Shown one piece after another: positions 42,600 through 55,473 of a stretch of DNA of 64,000 nucleotides (position 1 is its first letter; the number at the start of each line of letters is the position of its first letter). This stretch comes from Cyanophora paradoxa CCMP329 (lineage: Eukaryota > Plantae > Glaucophyta). A program made the translations under genes and the position numbers. The notes below the pieces were generated by a model. It worked only from the letters and a program-made list of their open reading frames with translations, had not been told where the DNA came from and did not search any database. Location of the stretch: contig QPMI01000537.1 in assembly GCA_004431415.1 (NCBI GenBank), positions 1-64,000 of the forward strand. Direction: 5' to 3'.

Positions 42600-45030
42600 C
42601 GGCTTCAAGTCCACAATTTAAGCGAACAGCGCAGGCCCAGATTCGAGCGCAGGCCCGTCCCGAAGCACATCTTCACGGCGACGCGGATCCACCGCATCGG
42701 ATTTGCGGAGCTCATCGGGGACGCGCTGAAGTCCTTCCCAATCATCGCCCGCGGCGTGTTTGCGGATGACCGCTCGCCGCCGCTGTTCGAGGTCACGAAC
42801 GCGCGGCTCCTCGGCCCGGTGGGAGACGCCCGCCGCGCCAAAGTGCTCTCCGTGGCGGCGAACCGCAGGGACCTGCGCCTGTGCGTGGATGGATATGCAG
42901 AGCAGTTTTTGCGCCCTCTCTGATTCAGATGCGCAGCTACGTGTTGTACACGGACGGCTGGCTCGAGGCGTACGACGCGGCGCTCCTGCGGCGGGTCTGG
43001 GGCGTGCAGGCGTTCGCCTTGAAGGGCCAGCAGCTCCCGCGGCACCGGTGCGAGCAGGCCGGCACCGAGCTAGCGTCGGTTAGGTAAGGCCCCTGCAGCG
43101 TGGTGGAGGCGGACGAGGCGACGGGCCTCATCATCGTCAACACATGCTTCATGGACGAGCATGTGCGTTGGGAGGAGAGCTTCGGTCAGCTCCTCTGAGC
43201 TCACCCTTCTCTCAGATCCGCTTCTACGAGCCTGTGGCGGGCCGCATGGCGTACCGCATCGAGCCGAAGCTGACGCTGCCGGCGCCGCCCTCGGCGACGA
43301 CGACGCCGCCGAGCACGGGCCGGGCGCGCCCCACTGAGGCCAAGGCGAACCGCTACGCGTCGGCGATCCAGCGGATGTTCCGCAAGCACCTGGCGCGAAG
43401 TGGGAGGAGCGCATGCGCTGCCTCGTCAGCGGCGGCGGCGGCGCGGCTGGGGCCGACGAGGGCCCGGATGGCGGCCTCGTGGACTCGACGGTGCGCGTGT
43501 GGGACGTCGAGGGGGAGCTGCGGAAGCCGCTGGCGGTGGGGGAGCAGCGCACGACGCCGCGCTGCAAGGCGGCGCGGGTGCTGCAGGGCCACACGCGGGC
43601 CGTCACGGGCGTCGCGTACCTGCCGCGCTCGGCCCTCGTCGTCTCGGCGTCGCTGGACCGCTCCATCCGCTTCTGGGACCCGATGGCCCGCCCCCACGCC
43701 CTCACCATCCCCGAAGCCCCGCCGTGCGCGCCCCCTGAGGGCTTCTTCCTTCTCGCGCTGATCCCATCTCAGGCACGTCCGCGTCTGGCCGGGCTACTAT
43801 GAGCCACTGAAGATGGAGTGGACCAACAGCAACCAGGTCCGCCTCCGTTGTCTCTGCCGCGCCGCCCCCGCCAAACGCTCCTCCCCACAGCCCTTCAGCG
43901 AGTGCCTGAAGCTCACCACGGCCCACGTCGCCCACGTGCGCGCCTCCCCTCCTCTACACCCGCGCCTCTAACCCCCCGCAGCGGCTGGAGGCGGTGGCGT
44001 GCCCGCTGACGGCGAGCGGGGAGGACCCGTCGGCGGTCTTCGAGGTGCTGCTGGCGTCGACGCGGGACCCCGTGCTGGGCGCCAAGAAGAGCGCCGTCTG
44101 CGCGTGGATCGTCTCCGGCAACGAGGTCACCGTCGAGGCGCACCGCTTCGACGACCCCGCCAAGCAGGAGGTCCTCGACGAGTGCGAGGAGTTCGCCCTC
44201 CGCGACTGGCACCGCCTCCTCGTCCGCTACTCGGGCGTCGCCACGCGGGCGCTGCAGGACGCCGGCGAGGCCGACCTGCGTCGCGAGGCCCGCCGCCAGC
44301 TGCTGGACAGCGCCTTCCGCAGCGCGTGGCTCGACCGCGGCGGGCCGCACGCGGCGCTCCGGCCTGACGCCCTCCAGCGGATCTTCTCGCTGGCGCAGGA
44401 GAAGGCCGCGGGGCTCTACCGCCGCTCGGCGCAGCCGCACCTCTCGGCGGACGAGGCCTACCGCCTGCTGGTCGACCACGGGCACTTCACGGGCCGCAAC
44501 CTCGCGACGCCCAGCGCCTTCTGCCGCTTCCTCCACCCGCTCCTCGCCCCCGAGAGCCGCACCGCGGCGGCCGCCGCCGCGGAGATCGCCGCCAAGCAGG
44601 GCCGGCCCTCCGCGGGCGCCCCCAGGAGCTTCAAGACCTCCCTCATCCCCGCCTCCTGTGCGTTTTCAACTCTCTCTCGTCTGCTCCGCGGCTCACCCTC
44701 GCGCAGCGGAGGTGGCGGGGGCGACGAAGACCTCGCTGGAGGCGGCCGTGCACTCCCTCGGCATGCCGCAGCCGCGTGCTGGACGACCTCGACGCGGAGG
44801 CCGCCGCCTCACCGGACGGCCGCGTCAACCCGGACACCTTTGCCCGCGCTGATGCTCCCTTTATGCTCTGTTCTTTCTACTTCTCGCTTAAGTGTCCGCA
44901 GTCGGGGCGATGGGCGAGCTGCTGACGGGCGCGGCGCCCGCCGGCGACGACGGTCTCGGCCCGGGCGAGCGTGAGCAGGCCCGCGTCCTCCGCGCCGTCT
45001 TCGAGGGGTACAATCTATTCTTAGAGATGA
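42600..45030 (+). pseudogene. WD40-repeat protein gene, probably a fragment
   Basis: DSTVRVWDV...VLQGHTRAVTGVAYLPRSALVVSASLDRSIRFWDP (~43480-43685) with several exon-like blocks around it. No clear start or stop; mobile-like sequence on both sides. Confidence 0.55.
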
Positions 45031-45105
45031 GATACGTACCCCCTGACGGCCCGCAGGCGGATGCTGGACCGGCCAGGCAGGTCAGGTGCCTAGCCCCCGA
45101 CCTGC

Positions 45106-45622
45106 CTGGCCGGACCTATCCGAGTAAATTTTTTTTCTGGTGGTCAGGTGCCTGCGGCAGCGCAGCCCCGGGGCCTCGGCGGCGCCCCTCTCCCTCCTCG
45201 CTGGCTCGACCCGCAGGCGGCGGGCCCCCATTGCCTCGACAGACTGGCGCCGCCGCCTCGACGGACTGGGGCTGGGGCCTCGCCCCCCGCGGCTACCCCG
45301 ACCCGCACCTGCTCGTGCACCCGCGGCCGTGGCGGCGCGTGGGGCGGGTGCTTCCCGCCGTGGACGAGGCGCGGCGGGGCTGGCTGCCCCCCGAGATGGA
45401 CGACGCCGCCGCCTACATGCTCGACTGGCTCCTCACTCGAGCTCTCTACGACGACTTCTGCGACGGGTCTACGGCCTCCAGACATCAACTTTGTCCTTTT
45501 CTCATAAGAGTTTAGGTTGCAGGACATGTCGTCGCCGTTTGCGCCCTTCATGGAGCCGATCGTACACATCGTGAGGCCTCCCCCCCCCTCCCAAAAAAAT
45601 TTGCTCGGATAGGTCCGGCCAG
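45106..45622. mobile_element. ~30-bp inverted repeat pair enclosing an exon-like fragment
   Basis: ctggccggacctatccgagtaaattttttt (45106-45135) versus aaaaaaatttgctcggataggtccggccag (45593-45622), one mismatch. Confidence 0.6.
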
Positions 45623-47514
45623 CCAGGGAGGGGGTTTCCCCCCTCCCCGCGCGCCGCTGTTTCCAGCGGCTCGGCCGGACCGGTCTCCCCCCCCCTCCCC
45701 TCCTCGCGCAGTCCTCCCCGCGCGCCTCACCCTCTGCTGTGAGAATTCGAAGGTGCCCTCAGCTTCTTTCGAGGTTCAGCTTTCGTGACTTCACCAGGTC
45801 CTCTGGCGCCGGCAGCCCCCTCCCCGATCTGCGCATGTCAGGCTGTTATAGACTGCTGTTATTGTACAAGTCAAAAACTACACTACATCCATATCCCTAT
45901 TCCTGGTCATCTCGAGTCTCGCGTCGCTTCTGGCGGCGTCCGAAGACGAGTGACCAGGGGATCACGAAGAGACCGAGGGCTTTCTGGAGGACTACCAGCA
46001 AAAATCTGAGAGGAATCGCAACGAAGGCTAGGGAGCTGGTCAGCTATGGCAACAGATAGAACGCGCTCTGTGAGGGCTACAAAAGGCTCGAAGCCGAATA
46101 TGCGAGAGAATGCGTGAAGCCACTCAGCTCGAAACCCCCATTCGCTACTTTCTAGTGGCCACCGTTTGAAGAATACACTTTGAGGCTTGTTGCTCGCGGC
46201 CTGAAACACGTGGCCGAACGCGTCCAGGATAAGAGACACAACGCCCAGTATTGCAATCATGCTCCTGGACCGTCGCTGTCCGGATGGATGCGGTAAGACA
46301 GCTCGACTAAGAGACGAGTGATCGGAAGAAGACGCGCCTGCACGACGTGGAAAAGGGGCGCACCGGCACCAAGTACAGTGAGTATCACACCACATGCAGA
46401 GGGACAAGACAGTCGCGCACCATCGTCTTCTTCACGCCCTTCTTCTCGGCCGTTTCGACGAGGGACATCACCCCATTCACATCACCGGATTGAACGAGCC
46501 GCATCACCTCCTCCGCCTTCGCACCGATCAGAAACGACGCTAGACGGGCGATGGGCGAAGAGCTTACCTGAGAACTTGTGTCCTCCTCTTTACCGCGACC
46601 GCTGCTAGTGCCGCCCGAATCCGGGCGACCGCCGCGGCCGCCAGTGCCGCCAGTGTTCGCCGCCAGGGCGACCGGCAGCGAAGAGCGTGCAGGAGCGAGT
46701 CCGCGGGACGGAGCCGCAAGGAATATGCGCATGCGATCGCCTGGTGCTCCGAGGAAATTCGAAGAAGCGAAGGAATGGGTGCGGAACAGCGCTATATAGC
46801 TAGCTGCAGCTGCAGGACGTCGACTAGCCATGGTCAATCTGGTCTGGTCTGGACCGTCTGGTACCGGTCGATCTGGTTCGAGCGCATGTCTTCCCCCCCC
46901 CCGTTGCATTATGAACCACGTATAAAGCAGGTCAACACTGGTTTCGCGGTCACATTCCATTCCGTGCAGCATCGCAAGGTGCGTTGGCGTCTTCCCGTCG
47001 TCTTCCCCCTCATCGTGGTCCGCATGCTCAGCGAATGCACGCGTCACAGGTCACCAGAATCAGCGGCGGGCCGCCTCCGCGCGGCCTGGCGAGGCTTCGG
47101 GCACATCCATCGTGCTCGAGCAAATGCCCAGTTCGTTCTGCGCCCTGGTCCTTCATGAAGTCCTGCACCTGACCCCGGAATGCAACCACGCAGGCGCTTC
47201 TCCGCCTCGGGATCTGCGCTTCACCGCGCAGGGGGCTCGTCAAAGCTGCCACCGGTCCTCGTGAGCACGCGCGCGCTCGTTTTGCCCGCGCGTCGTTCCG
47301 AAGTTCCTTGACATGTTCTCGTCGCTCGCAGCGGGCCGCCTCCGCCGCTTTCGAGTGCGCCCTCGCGCGCCTCGCGCCGAGCCCCCCTTCCTCACCTTCG
47401 CGTCGCGGCAGGCTCGTCTTCCCAACGAGGCAGAGGGCACACCGGGTTCGCGGCGCGCCGCGCCCGGGCGCCCACTCCGCGATGGTCCTCTGATGCATCG
47501 TTGCGCCCTTCGGC

Positions 47515-47643
47515 GCGCAGGCGCTCGCCTTTGGTGGGAGGCTCGTCGATCGAGTGCGCCCCCGTTCCCTTTGAAACCAAGGCTTTTTCGATATATCGAT
47601 CTGACCCCCTTTTTCGCCCTCCGGCGCAGGCTGACTCCATGTC

Positions 47644-47679
<36 letters not shown>

Positions 47680-47943
47680 AGGGTCCGTAGGGGCTCCCGC
47701 CCAAGACGCGCCCCAGGTGCGCACCGCGCGCACAGGTGCCCTGGAGCGTCGATCTGCTCGGCGGCTGATCGTCCTCCGCCCGCGCAGGCGCTCCTCTGGG
47801 TGGGAGGCTCGTCGATCGAGTGCGCCCCCGTTCGCTTTGATTTGGATATCGAGACCGTTCGATTTCGATCTGACCCCTTTTCGCGCCCCCCCGCAGGCTG
47901 ACTCCATGTCGGGCCCCCCTCAGGGCCTGTAGGGGCTCCCGCC
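47515..47943 (+). repeat. two imperfect direct copies (~47515-47702 and ~47782-47943)
   Basis: Shared blocks ggtgggaggctcgtcgatcgagtgcgcccccgttc, tcgatctgacccc, gcaggctgactccatgtcgggccccccc, gtaggggctcccgcc. Confidence 0.85.
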
Positions 47944-48720
47944 ACCGCCCCGAGACGACCCCCGCCGCCACAAGACGCGATGCAGCACCACGCCGCGCAT
48001 ACGGGCACCTGTAGCTATTTAGCTAGCCAGAGTGTCCGCGGGGAGGCGCATTACTCTCCTTAGGGGGCCACGCAGGGCCCGGCCGGCCGGTTCGCTGGTG
48101 GGCTGGGCCCGCGGCCGCGGCGGCCGCAGTGTACATTCCCACACTTGTAGCCCGGACCTGCGTTTTAGTACGTGTCCAAATGCTAAGAGTCATCGTTAAA
48201 AAGAAACAACGGATGCGGCGTATAAAGTCGCACTTCGGAGCCGATGAGAAGGAAGAACGGCTTATTGTGCACGTGAGAGCCTGGAGCGGCGTCTTCCCCG
48301 TTCCGCCAGATGGACGGCCCGCGATTAGCTGCGTTCTGGAAGAATTGCAACGATTGCACAGGCTGCCGCACCGATGCTCTCGAAGGACATTCGACGTCGC
48401 GATGGTAGCGGCGGGCACGGCAACAAATTAAAGGCTGGCATACTGACGGCGACCCTCGCTCGTACTTGCAGGGTCCAAAACGCTGCCTGGGTTGCTGGGC
48501 GCGCGAAGTCTCGCTGTGGCAAGCGGGCTGAGCTCGAGCAAGGCGCGCGCTGCGTTGCATGATCTGAGCTGCGCCGACTGTACCCTGGGGAACAAGCAAC
48601 TGCCTACGTACCCGCAAAAGTTCGGCGCAGCCGTTAATTTCCTACCCAACCGATCGCGACAGCTTCAAGCCGCGCAAAGTTTTGACTTCGACAGCGCAGC
48701 TGCGCGCGCGCGCGGGCGGT

Positions 48721-48799
48721 GCGACGCGCGATATCGCGATACACTGCGGAAGGCGCCGGCAGCGCATTCGCCACTGCACCGTGTTCATGTCGCAAAATT
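48721..48799 (+). repeat. right copy of degenerate direct repeat bracketing the island
   Basis: Same collinear blocks as 18423-18546. Confidence 0.75.
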
Positions 48800-48954
48800 G
48801 CGAAGTGGGTCTGGGGGTACAGCACTCCGCGCGTGCGCATGCGGCGGCAGTTACTAAGTTACTCGAACCATGATCCGCTCCTGCAGTACTAGTGCGCTTC
48901 TGTGCTGCGCAACAGAAACGGCACCCGCGCACATCGATATCAGCCCGCGACGAG

Positions 48955-49631
48955 ATGCCGGTCGGCCTTTCCGAGATCTGCGAGGCCTAGGGCGTCGCGG
49001 TGGCCGGGGCGGGCCTGTTTGCTGGGACGGCTGTCTCGATTAACATGAGTGATCTAAACTTCCTCCGACATGGTCATGACGGCTCGCACGCAGACGCTCG
49101 ACGCGCCGACCGCCCTGCGCCTCTGGCGCACCGAGTTCTGGCTCTACGCCAAGACCCAGCTCGGCTTGGTCCCTCTCCGGTTCGAATTCGGAACTCATAC
49201 CCGCGGCCGGGCCGCTCGTCCGCTCGTCCAGCCTCTCTGACTCTGAGCAGGCGACAAGCGGATGCTCGCCGCGGGCGTCGGCATGGGGGCCCTCACGCCG
49301 TGGACCCTGGGCGTGATGAGGCCGACGACCATCAAGTGAGCGCTCAGCTGAGCCGAAGACGGGCGCCGCACTCACCTGAGCTGCCGCTCGCCCCGTCCCA
49401 TCGCGCAGGCCGCTGCTGGACACGCCGAACCTGTCTGAGGCCGAGACCCGCCGCCTGATGGCCCTCTGGAACCGGCAGCACGCGGCCCGCACCGCAACCT
49501 CGCTGCTGGTCCGCCCGCCCGCCGGCGCCCCGGGCCCGGCTTCCCGCCTTCGCGCCCCGCGGCCGATACCGATTGGCGTCCGGCAGGCGCTCGGATTCGC
49601 GATCTCGGCGATACAGAGGCGCCAGGCCTAG
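48955..49631 (+). CDS. DUF1772/anthrone-oxygenase-like small membrane protein (in-frame TAG at codon 12; possible pseudogene)
   Basis: AGAGLFAGTAVSIN...WMLAAGVGMGALTPWTLGVMRPT...AETRRLMALWNRQHAART matches the family pattern. Several short introns. TAG at 48988-48990. Confidence 0.65.
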
Positions 49632-50139
49632 GCGCGCGCGTCCGATATGATGACCTCTCAGCGCGCGATCAAGCGTCCCGGGCTCAGTCTACAGAGACTT
49701 TGGCCCAGTGGCTCGCTTGTTGGATCCCCACATTGTGATTGCGAATAGATTCATCAATTGACCTCCGCCGGGTCTGCACGGCGCAGTGCCGCGGCTCGGG
49801 GCAGGGACTCAGGGATTCACAGGGAACTCGTGTGGAATCGACTCGGCGAAGGCTTGAAACCACGGGCGCCGGCGTATGAGCAATGAATTGGAGAGATTTC
49901 ATGTTTTTTGATACACCTCATTTCTGACATGATGGGGCATATGCAATCAGTTTTAAAGCTAGCCTGATCATCTCTAGGTTCCTGTCTAAACTGTAACTTA
50001 GTAAGGACGCATACGACACGAAACTGGGGAGCGAAAGAGAAAGCGGGAAAGCGAAGACCATAAGCTACAAGTACAGCTAGCGGAGACGGAGAAAGAGGAG
50101 AGTCCGGGACCGGCCGTAGCTCGGCGGATCAAATCCCGC

Positions 50140-50885
50140 TTAGGCGTCGAGCTGGCTGCTGGAAAGCAACTCGTGGCGCGGGCTGGGGCCGTAGCCGGGG
50201 ATGAAGCCTGAGGGAGACAAGTGAGAACGGGTTCCATCTGTGCGCGCGGCCTCCAGGGGCAACGGCGCACCGTCGTAGTTCTTGGCGTTCTGCCACGGCA
50301 GGCGGACCTGCGGCTCGCCGCGGAGAGCGGCCTGGTGGCCCTTGTGCGTCCACGCGATGTCGTTGGACTGCGTGAGCTGGATGCTGACCTTGTAGCCGAG
50401 CAGGCCCATGGCCGCGCCCATGACTGCGCAGGAAGGTCGTATTAGATGCAGAGAACACGCGCGGGAGCGTCGAAGCGGCGGGGAGGGTCTGCTGGCGGCG
50501 GGCCGGGACGGTGCGCATGCGGGATCGCTAATAATGGGGAGCGCGCAGCCGGCCCGAACGTCGGGGAGCGCGCGGGGCGTGCCCGGCGCTGCAATTTAAA
50601 TGCGCATCGATTGGGGAGGCCGCCCGGAAGCGCAATGATGCGGAAGTGCCCGGGACGGGTGGGCGACGCGGCGGGCGGGCGGCGGGTCCGGCCGGTGCGG
50701 GCGCGGCACGGGAGGCGCACCGGCGAACAGCGGGTACGCCGCGGCGTCCGAAAGCCAGATGTTCTTCGCGGCGGTGGCTGCGCGCAGCGGGTCAGTTCCG
50801 CCCAACCCGCAGCGTTTCGCGCCCGCCGACAGCGCCGTTCCGGGCGGGCGAGGCCCGGGGCAGCTGGGCGCTCACCCTTCGACAT
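50140..50885 (-). CDS. B12D/NDUFA4-like small mitochondrial membrane protein
   Basis: Spliced MSKATAAKNIWLSDAAAYPLFAVMGAAMGLLGYKVSIQLTQSNDIAWTHK..., showing the YPLF + TM + D.W.K family pattern. Confidence 0.75.
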
Positions 50886-51199
50886 GTTTGATGCGGCTGC
50901 TGCTGTAAAACTTTTAGGGCGCGTGAACGAACTGTGAGGGCTTGGAGGAACCTGGCAGAACTGGTGGCCAGAGAAAAAAGATGTAATACTAGCGAATAAC
51001 AGCCTTGGTGTTGCGAACTAGCACGGGGGGCGAACAGCACGACGAGCGTACCCCCTCCGCGAACGACAGTCAGGTCCCGCGAGCTCGAGGTGCTCGGCGC
51101 GTAACAGCATCGAGCCGTGCTCGAGAAAGGCGGTGTGCACCCCTGCGCGGCGGCAGGGCGACTAGCCCGTGCGGCTGCGCTCCCTCGCGCTCTTCTAGC

Positions 51200-54100
51200 A
51201 TGGAATCGACGTCGGGCGCGCCCCAGGAGAGCGCGGCTCCCGCTCCCGTGGAACCGGCGGAGACGGCTCCGCCTTGTCAGCCCCGATTTACAACGCCATG
51301 GCCAGCGCCGCGGCCGGTTGCCAGTACGAGCAGCGGGGGCTTCGAGCCGCCCAGCGGGGGCTCCGAGCCGCCCACGGCGGATTCGGCGGCCCTGAGCGCG
51401 GCGGAACCCGCTGCCCAGGAGCCGGCGCCCAGTGGCCCCGATCCATTTGACAGCCTCCCCGAGGACCTCCTATGCCGCATCCTCCATGCAATCGGGCCGC
51501 TCGCCTGCGTGAACACTCGTGTCCATCACGTGTCCCGCCGCTGGAGGTTCGCCGGGGACGTCGAGGGCCCTCGGCGCATGGAGCGCGCGAACGCTCACGC
51601 GCACCGCAGAGAAGCCTTCAGGTCGACGCACTGGGAGCTGCTGGACTTTACGCCGCAGGTTTACGCCTCCCGCAGGCCGCGCGCTTCGCGCCACCTGACC
51701 GCGCCGCGCGGCGCAGGGCCTCGCGGACGCTCGCGTCCCCGGGAGCGGTCTGAAGGCCATCCGCCGCATCAACCGCCTGGGGCCCTCCGGCTTCCATCTG
51801 GGTGCCGTTCAGAAGGTGCGTCAGCCGCCCGGCCGCCCGCCCAGGCCGCCGCCGCAGCGGGCCGAGCGTGCCTCCGCCAGATCAAATTCTACATCCGCAA
51901 CAAGGCGGACGCGCTCACTTCGCTGGCCCTCGCCCGCGCGCTCCCGGAGGGCGGCGCAATGCGCTACGCCGAAATAGCATTCGGGACGTTGCCGGCGGGC
52001 CGCACGCGACCCCGCGTCAAGGCGGCGGAGCTCATGACGGCTCTCCTGCGGCTTGACCTGGAGTCGCTCGAGGTGGCCTGCGAGCCGCCGGGGCGCCCGC
52101 TGCTCAACTGGTTCGAATCCGACGCCGCCGTTTCCTCGGCGCTCGGCGGGCTCGGCCGCCCTGCCCGCCTCCGGATCCTCGACGCGCCGCGCCTCCCCCT
52201 GCCCGAGGCGCGCATCGCGGAGCTGAGGGCGGCGGCGCCGCGCCTCGTCCGCCTCACGGCCGTCCTCCTTCACGTGCCGAGCGGGCTCCCGGCCCTCGCC
52301 GCGGCGCCCCTCGAGGAGCTGAGGATCCGGTACCCCTGCGACGACTCGGACGACGAGGGGGAGCAGGCGCCCGTCGAGTCGCTGCGGCCGCTCTCGGGCG
52401 GGCCCCTCGCCGCCTCCCTCCGGCGCCTCCGGTTCGACGGCTCGGAGCTGAACCCGCCCGCGTACCCGGACCTCTCCTCCGCCCTCTTCCCCCGCCTCGA
52501 GGTCCTGGAGTTCGCGGTACCCCCCCTCCCTCCCACCCCACCCCCGCCTCTACTCCCCCCTGATCCCGCTCAGGTGAGCGAGGAGGCGCTTCGGGACCGC
52601 GTGGTGGGGCGCCTGGCGGGCCTGGCGACGCTGCGGGAGCTCCGGCTGGCCTTCAGCGAGCCCGTCCTCTCCTCGGCCGACGGCGAGGAGGACGACGACG
52701 AGGCGCGCGACTTTTAACTCTACTTTCCTGACTAACTAACTTCCTAACCTTCCTAACTTTTAACTCCAACTCTATATAACTTATAGCTAGCTTCCTAACT
52801 AGGACGACGACGAGGCGCGCGGGCCCCTATAGCTAGGCTAGGCTGACAAGCCGGAGCCAGGCTAGCTAAGCTGGCTAGCTGGCTAGCTAGCTAGCCCCGC
52901 TTCCTACATCCTAGCGCCCCTATCTTCTTCTTCTGTCTCCCGCCCTCTTCTTCTAACTTCTTCGTACGTGCCGGGGCGCAGGAGGACGAGGAGGGGTTCA
53001 CGGCGCTCACGGGCCGCTTCCTGCGCGACGTCGCCGCCCTCTGCGAGAAGGTCCGTTAGGGTCGCCGCTTCGGTTAGGAAGGGGGCGTTGGGCGTTGGGG
53101 CGTTGGGCGTTAGTAGCGAGGAGCCGCCGCTGGGCCACCCCCGCCGCCGCCGCCGCCTCCCTTCACAACGCCCCTCACTTAGTTGTTTGCTTGGTTAGAA
53201 GGGACCCGCGGAGGGGCCCCGCCCGCCCGCGGGGCGCCGCTCGCCCCTCTCCCGGCCTCGCTCTGACGCGCCGCCCGCCCTACCTGCGAGCAGCTTCCGA
53301 CCCTCCGTGACGTCCGCCTCCGCCTCGCCACCCGCGACTGGTGCTGTGCGCCCGCTCTCGCCTCTCTTCCTCGTCTTCCGCTGGGCTCTATCTATCCATC
53401 TGTCTCACTCGCCCCAGACACGCCGGTGCCGTCGGGCGGGATCGAGGCGCTGGCGTCGGGGCGGGCGGCGGAGTGCGTGAAGGGCCTGCGGCTGCACCTG
53501 ACGCGGGCACACACGCTGGAGGCCCTCGGGAAGCTAACGGCACTCGAGGAGCTCGAGCTCTCCGTCGAGGTGCGTGGGCGCGCTTCTACTGCATCGAATC
53601 TAGAGTGAACTAGGATGGGTTCAGTTCGGTATAGTTAGCAACTAACCCCAAACGTGCTCTAATCTGGACGAACCTAGACCCCAGCCAGTTAGTTCAGTGA
53701 CCAGTTGCTTTAGTTAGTTAGTTGGCTCAGCTGACGCAGCTCTGACGCGCCGCGCCGCCCCCTCAGCCGGAGGACGAGGAGGACGTGACGCTGGGGCGCT
53801 ACGAGTGCCCCTTCTGCCAGGGGCGCCACCGCACCGAGAACAGCGCCGTCCTCCACCTCGTCCAGCACGCCAGGGCGCGCCCTCTTGCCCGCCCGCCCCG
53901 CCCCGCCCTCGTCTTAAGGCTAACGTAGACGATAAGCGGCCCGCCCCGAGCGGCCGGCGCTCAATCACTAGATATTATAGGAGCCAAACCATAGACTACT
54001 ACTGTCGGGAGCGGCGCTCATGGCCCTCGTCTTGGCGTCCGGAACTTGATGACTAAGATCGTACCGTAACACTATAAACCCTAAACCATTTTCCTTGGCA

Positions 54101-55168
54101 AAAGAAGCTTACGGCTCTCGCGGGGGCGCAGGACAAGGAGCGGACGTGGCCGGAGGTGGGCGAGGCGATCGAGTCGGCCGAGCAGCGCGCCGAGGCCGGC
54201 GTGCCGGCCCCGGGGCCCCTCTCCAGCGCCCTCTCCGCCCTCGGCGCCCTCCCGCGCCTCTCCCGCCTCTCCCTGAACCTGAACGGCAACTCTGGCCTGG
54301 CGGCGGCCGCCGTGGAGGCCGTCCGCGCCCTCCGCCGCGCCGCCGGCGCCGGCGGCGGGTCCCTTACGGAGTTCCGCGTGGGCGCCTCGTACGGGTTCCC
54401 GGCCGACGCGCTCGCGGAGCTCGTGGCGGCGGCCGGCCCGGCGCTCCGCGCGCTCGACTGCACGCGCCCCGTCTCGGGGCCGCCCGTGCCCCTCCTGGAC
54501 GCCCTCGCCGCCTCGGGCGCCCTGGCCGCCACCGTCCGGTACCGCGTCCGGCGGACGGCCGCGAGGCGGCGCTGCAGGCGGCGGCGCGGCTGCGGGCGGC
54601 GCGCCCGCACGCCGAGCTGCACCTGGGCGCGCGCTACGAGGACGGCGGGCAGGAGGAGGACGGCCTCAGCTCCTCGGGCTCGTCGCGGACCGCCTCGGAG
54701 AACGACGAGGACGACGACCTGCACTCTGGCGAGGAGGACGAGGACGATGAGGACGAGGAGGACGAGGAGGAGGAGGAGGACGAGGAGGAGGAAGACCTTG
54801 ATGACGAGGAGGAGGAGGACGAGGATGAGGAGGAGGAGGAGGAGGCGGATGGGGAGGAGTTGGTTGCAGCGCTTTTTGTGGGGGCGGAGGCGGCGGCGGC
54901 GGCGGCGGCGGGGGCGGCGGCGGCCGCCGCCGCCGCTACAATCGAGGCGGCGGCGCCGCCGGCGCCGTCGGCGGCGGTGGGGGCGCCCGCCGGCGCGCCG
55001 GCGACTCCGGCCCGGCCTCCCGCCCCTGTCCTGTCCCCGACAGCCTTGGAAGACGAGAAGGAGGACGAGGACGAGGAGGAGGACGAGGAGGCGTTCACGG
55101 ACGCCTGGCCGTGGCCCGACGAGAGCGGCAGCAGCGACCAGGACAGCGACGCCTCCAGCACCGCCTGA
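51200..55168 (+). CDS. F-box/LRR-like protein with acidic C-terminal tail
   Basis: DPFDSLPEDLLCRILHAI...VSRRWR F-box. Many LxxLxL repeats (LVRLTAV, LEELRI, LRRLRF, LEVLEF, LRELRL, LEELEL). Poly-E/D tract at ~54700-54850. Confidence 0.75.
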
Positions 55169-55473
55169 GGCCCAGGCTAGGCTAGGCTGGGCTAGGTCAG
55201 GCTTGGCTAGGCTTGGCTAGGCGCCTTCCATTAGTACTAGTGCTGTGATCCTAGTAGGCAAGACCCCTTCTTTCTTTTTGAAACAAAGCAGCCTTCGATT
55301 CCTTGAAAGACAAATGCGCCGCGGTGGACTGTTTTACGCGATCAAATTAAATCAAAGCAAGGCGACTAGCTAGCTAGCTGGCTACGGCTCTGCGCTTTAA
55401 AGACTGGGGCGGGCGAACGCGCGCGGGCGGGTATATAAAAATCGTACGCGTGCCCGAGGGCACGAGGAGGAAT

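Noticed and set aside
45739-48620. Several 100-300 aa ORFs in the right part of the island
   Set aside because: No recognisable motifs. Some frames look like decayed coding sequence with internal stops, but I cannot support a product call.
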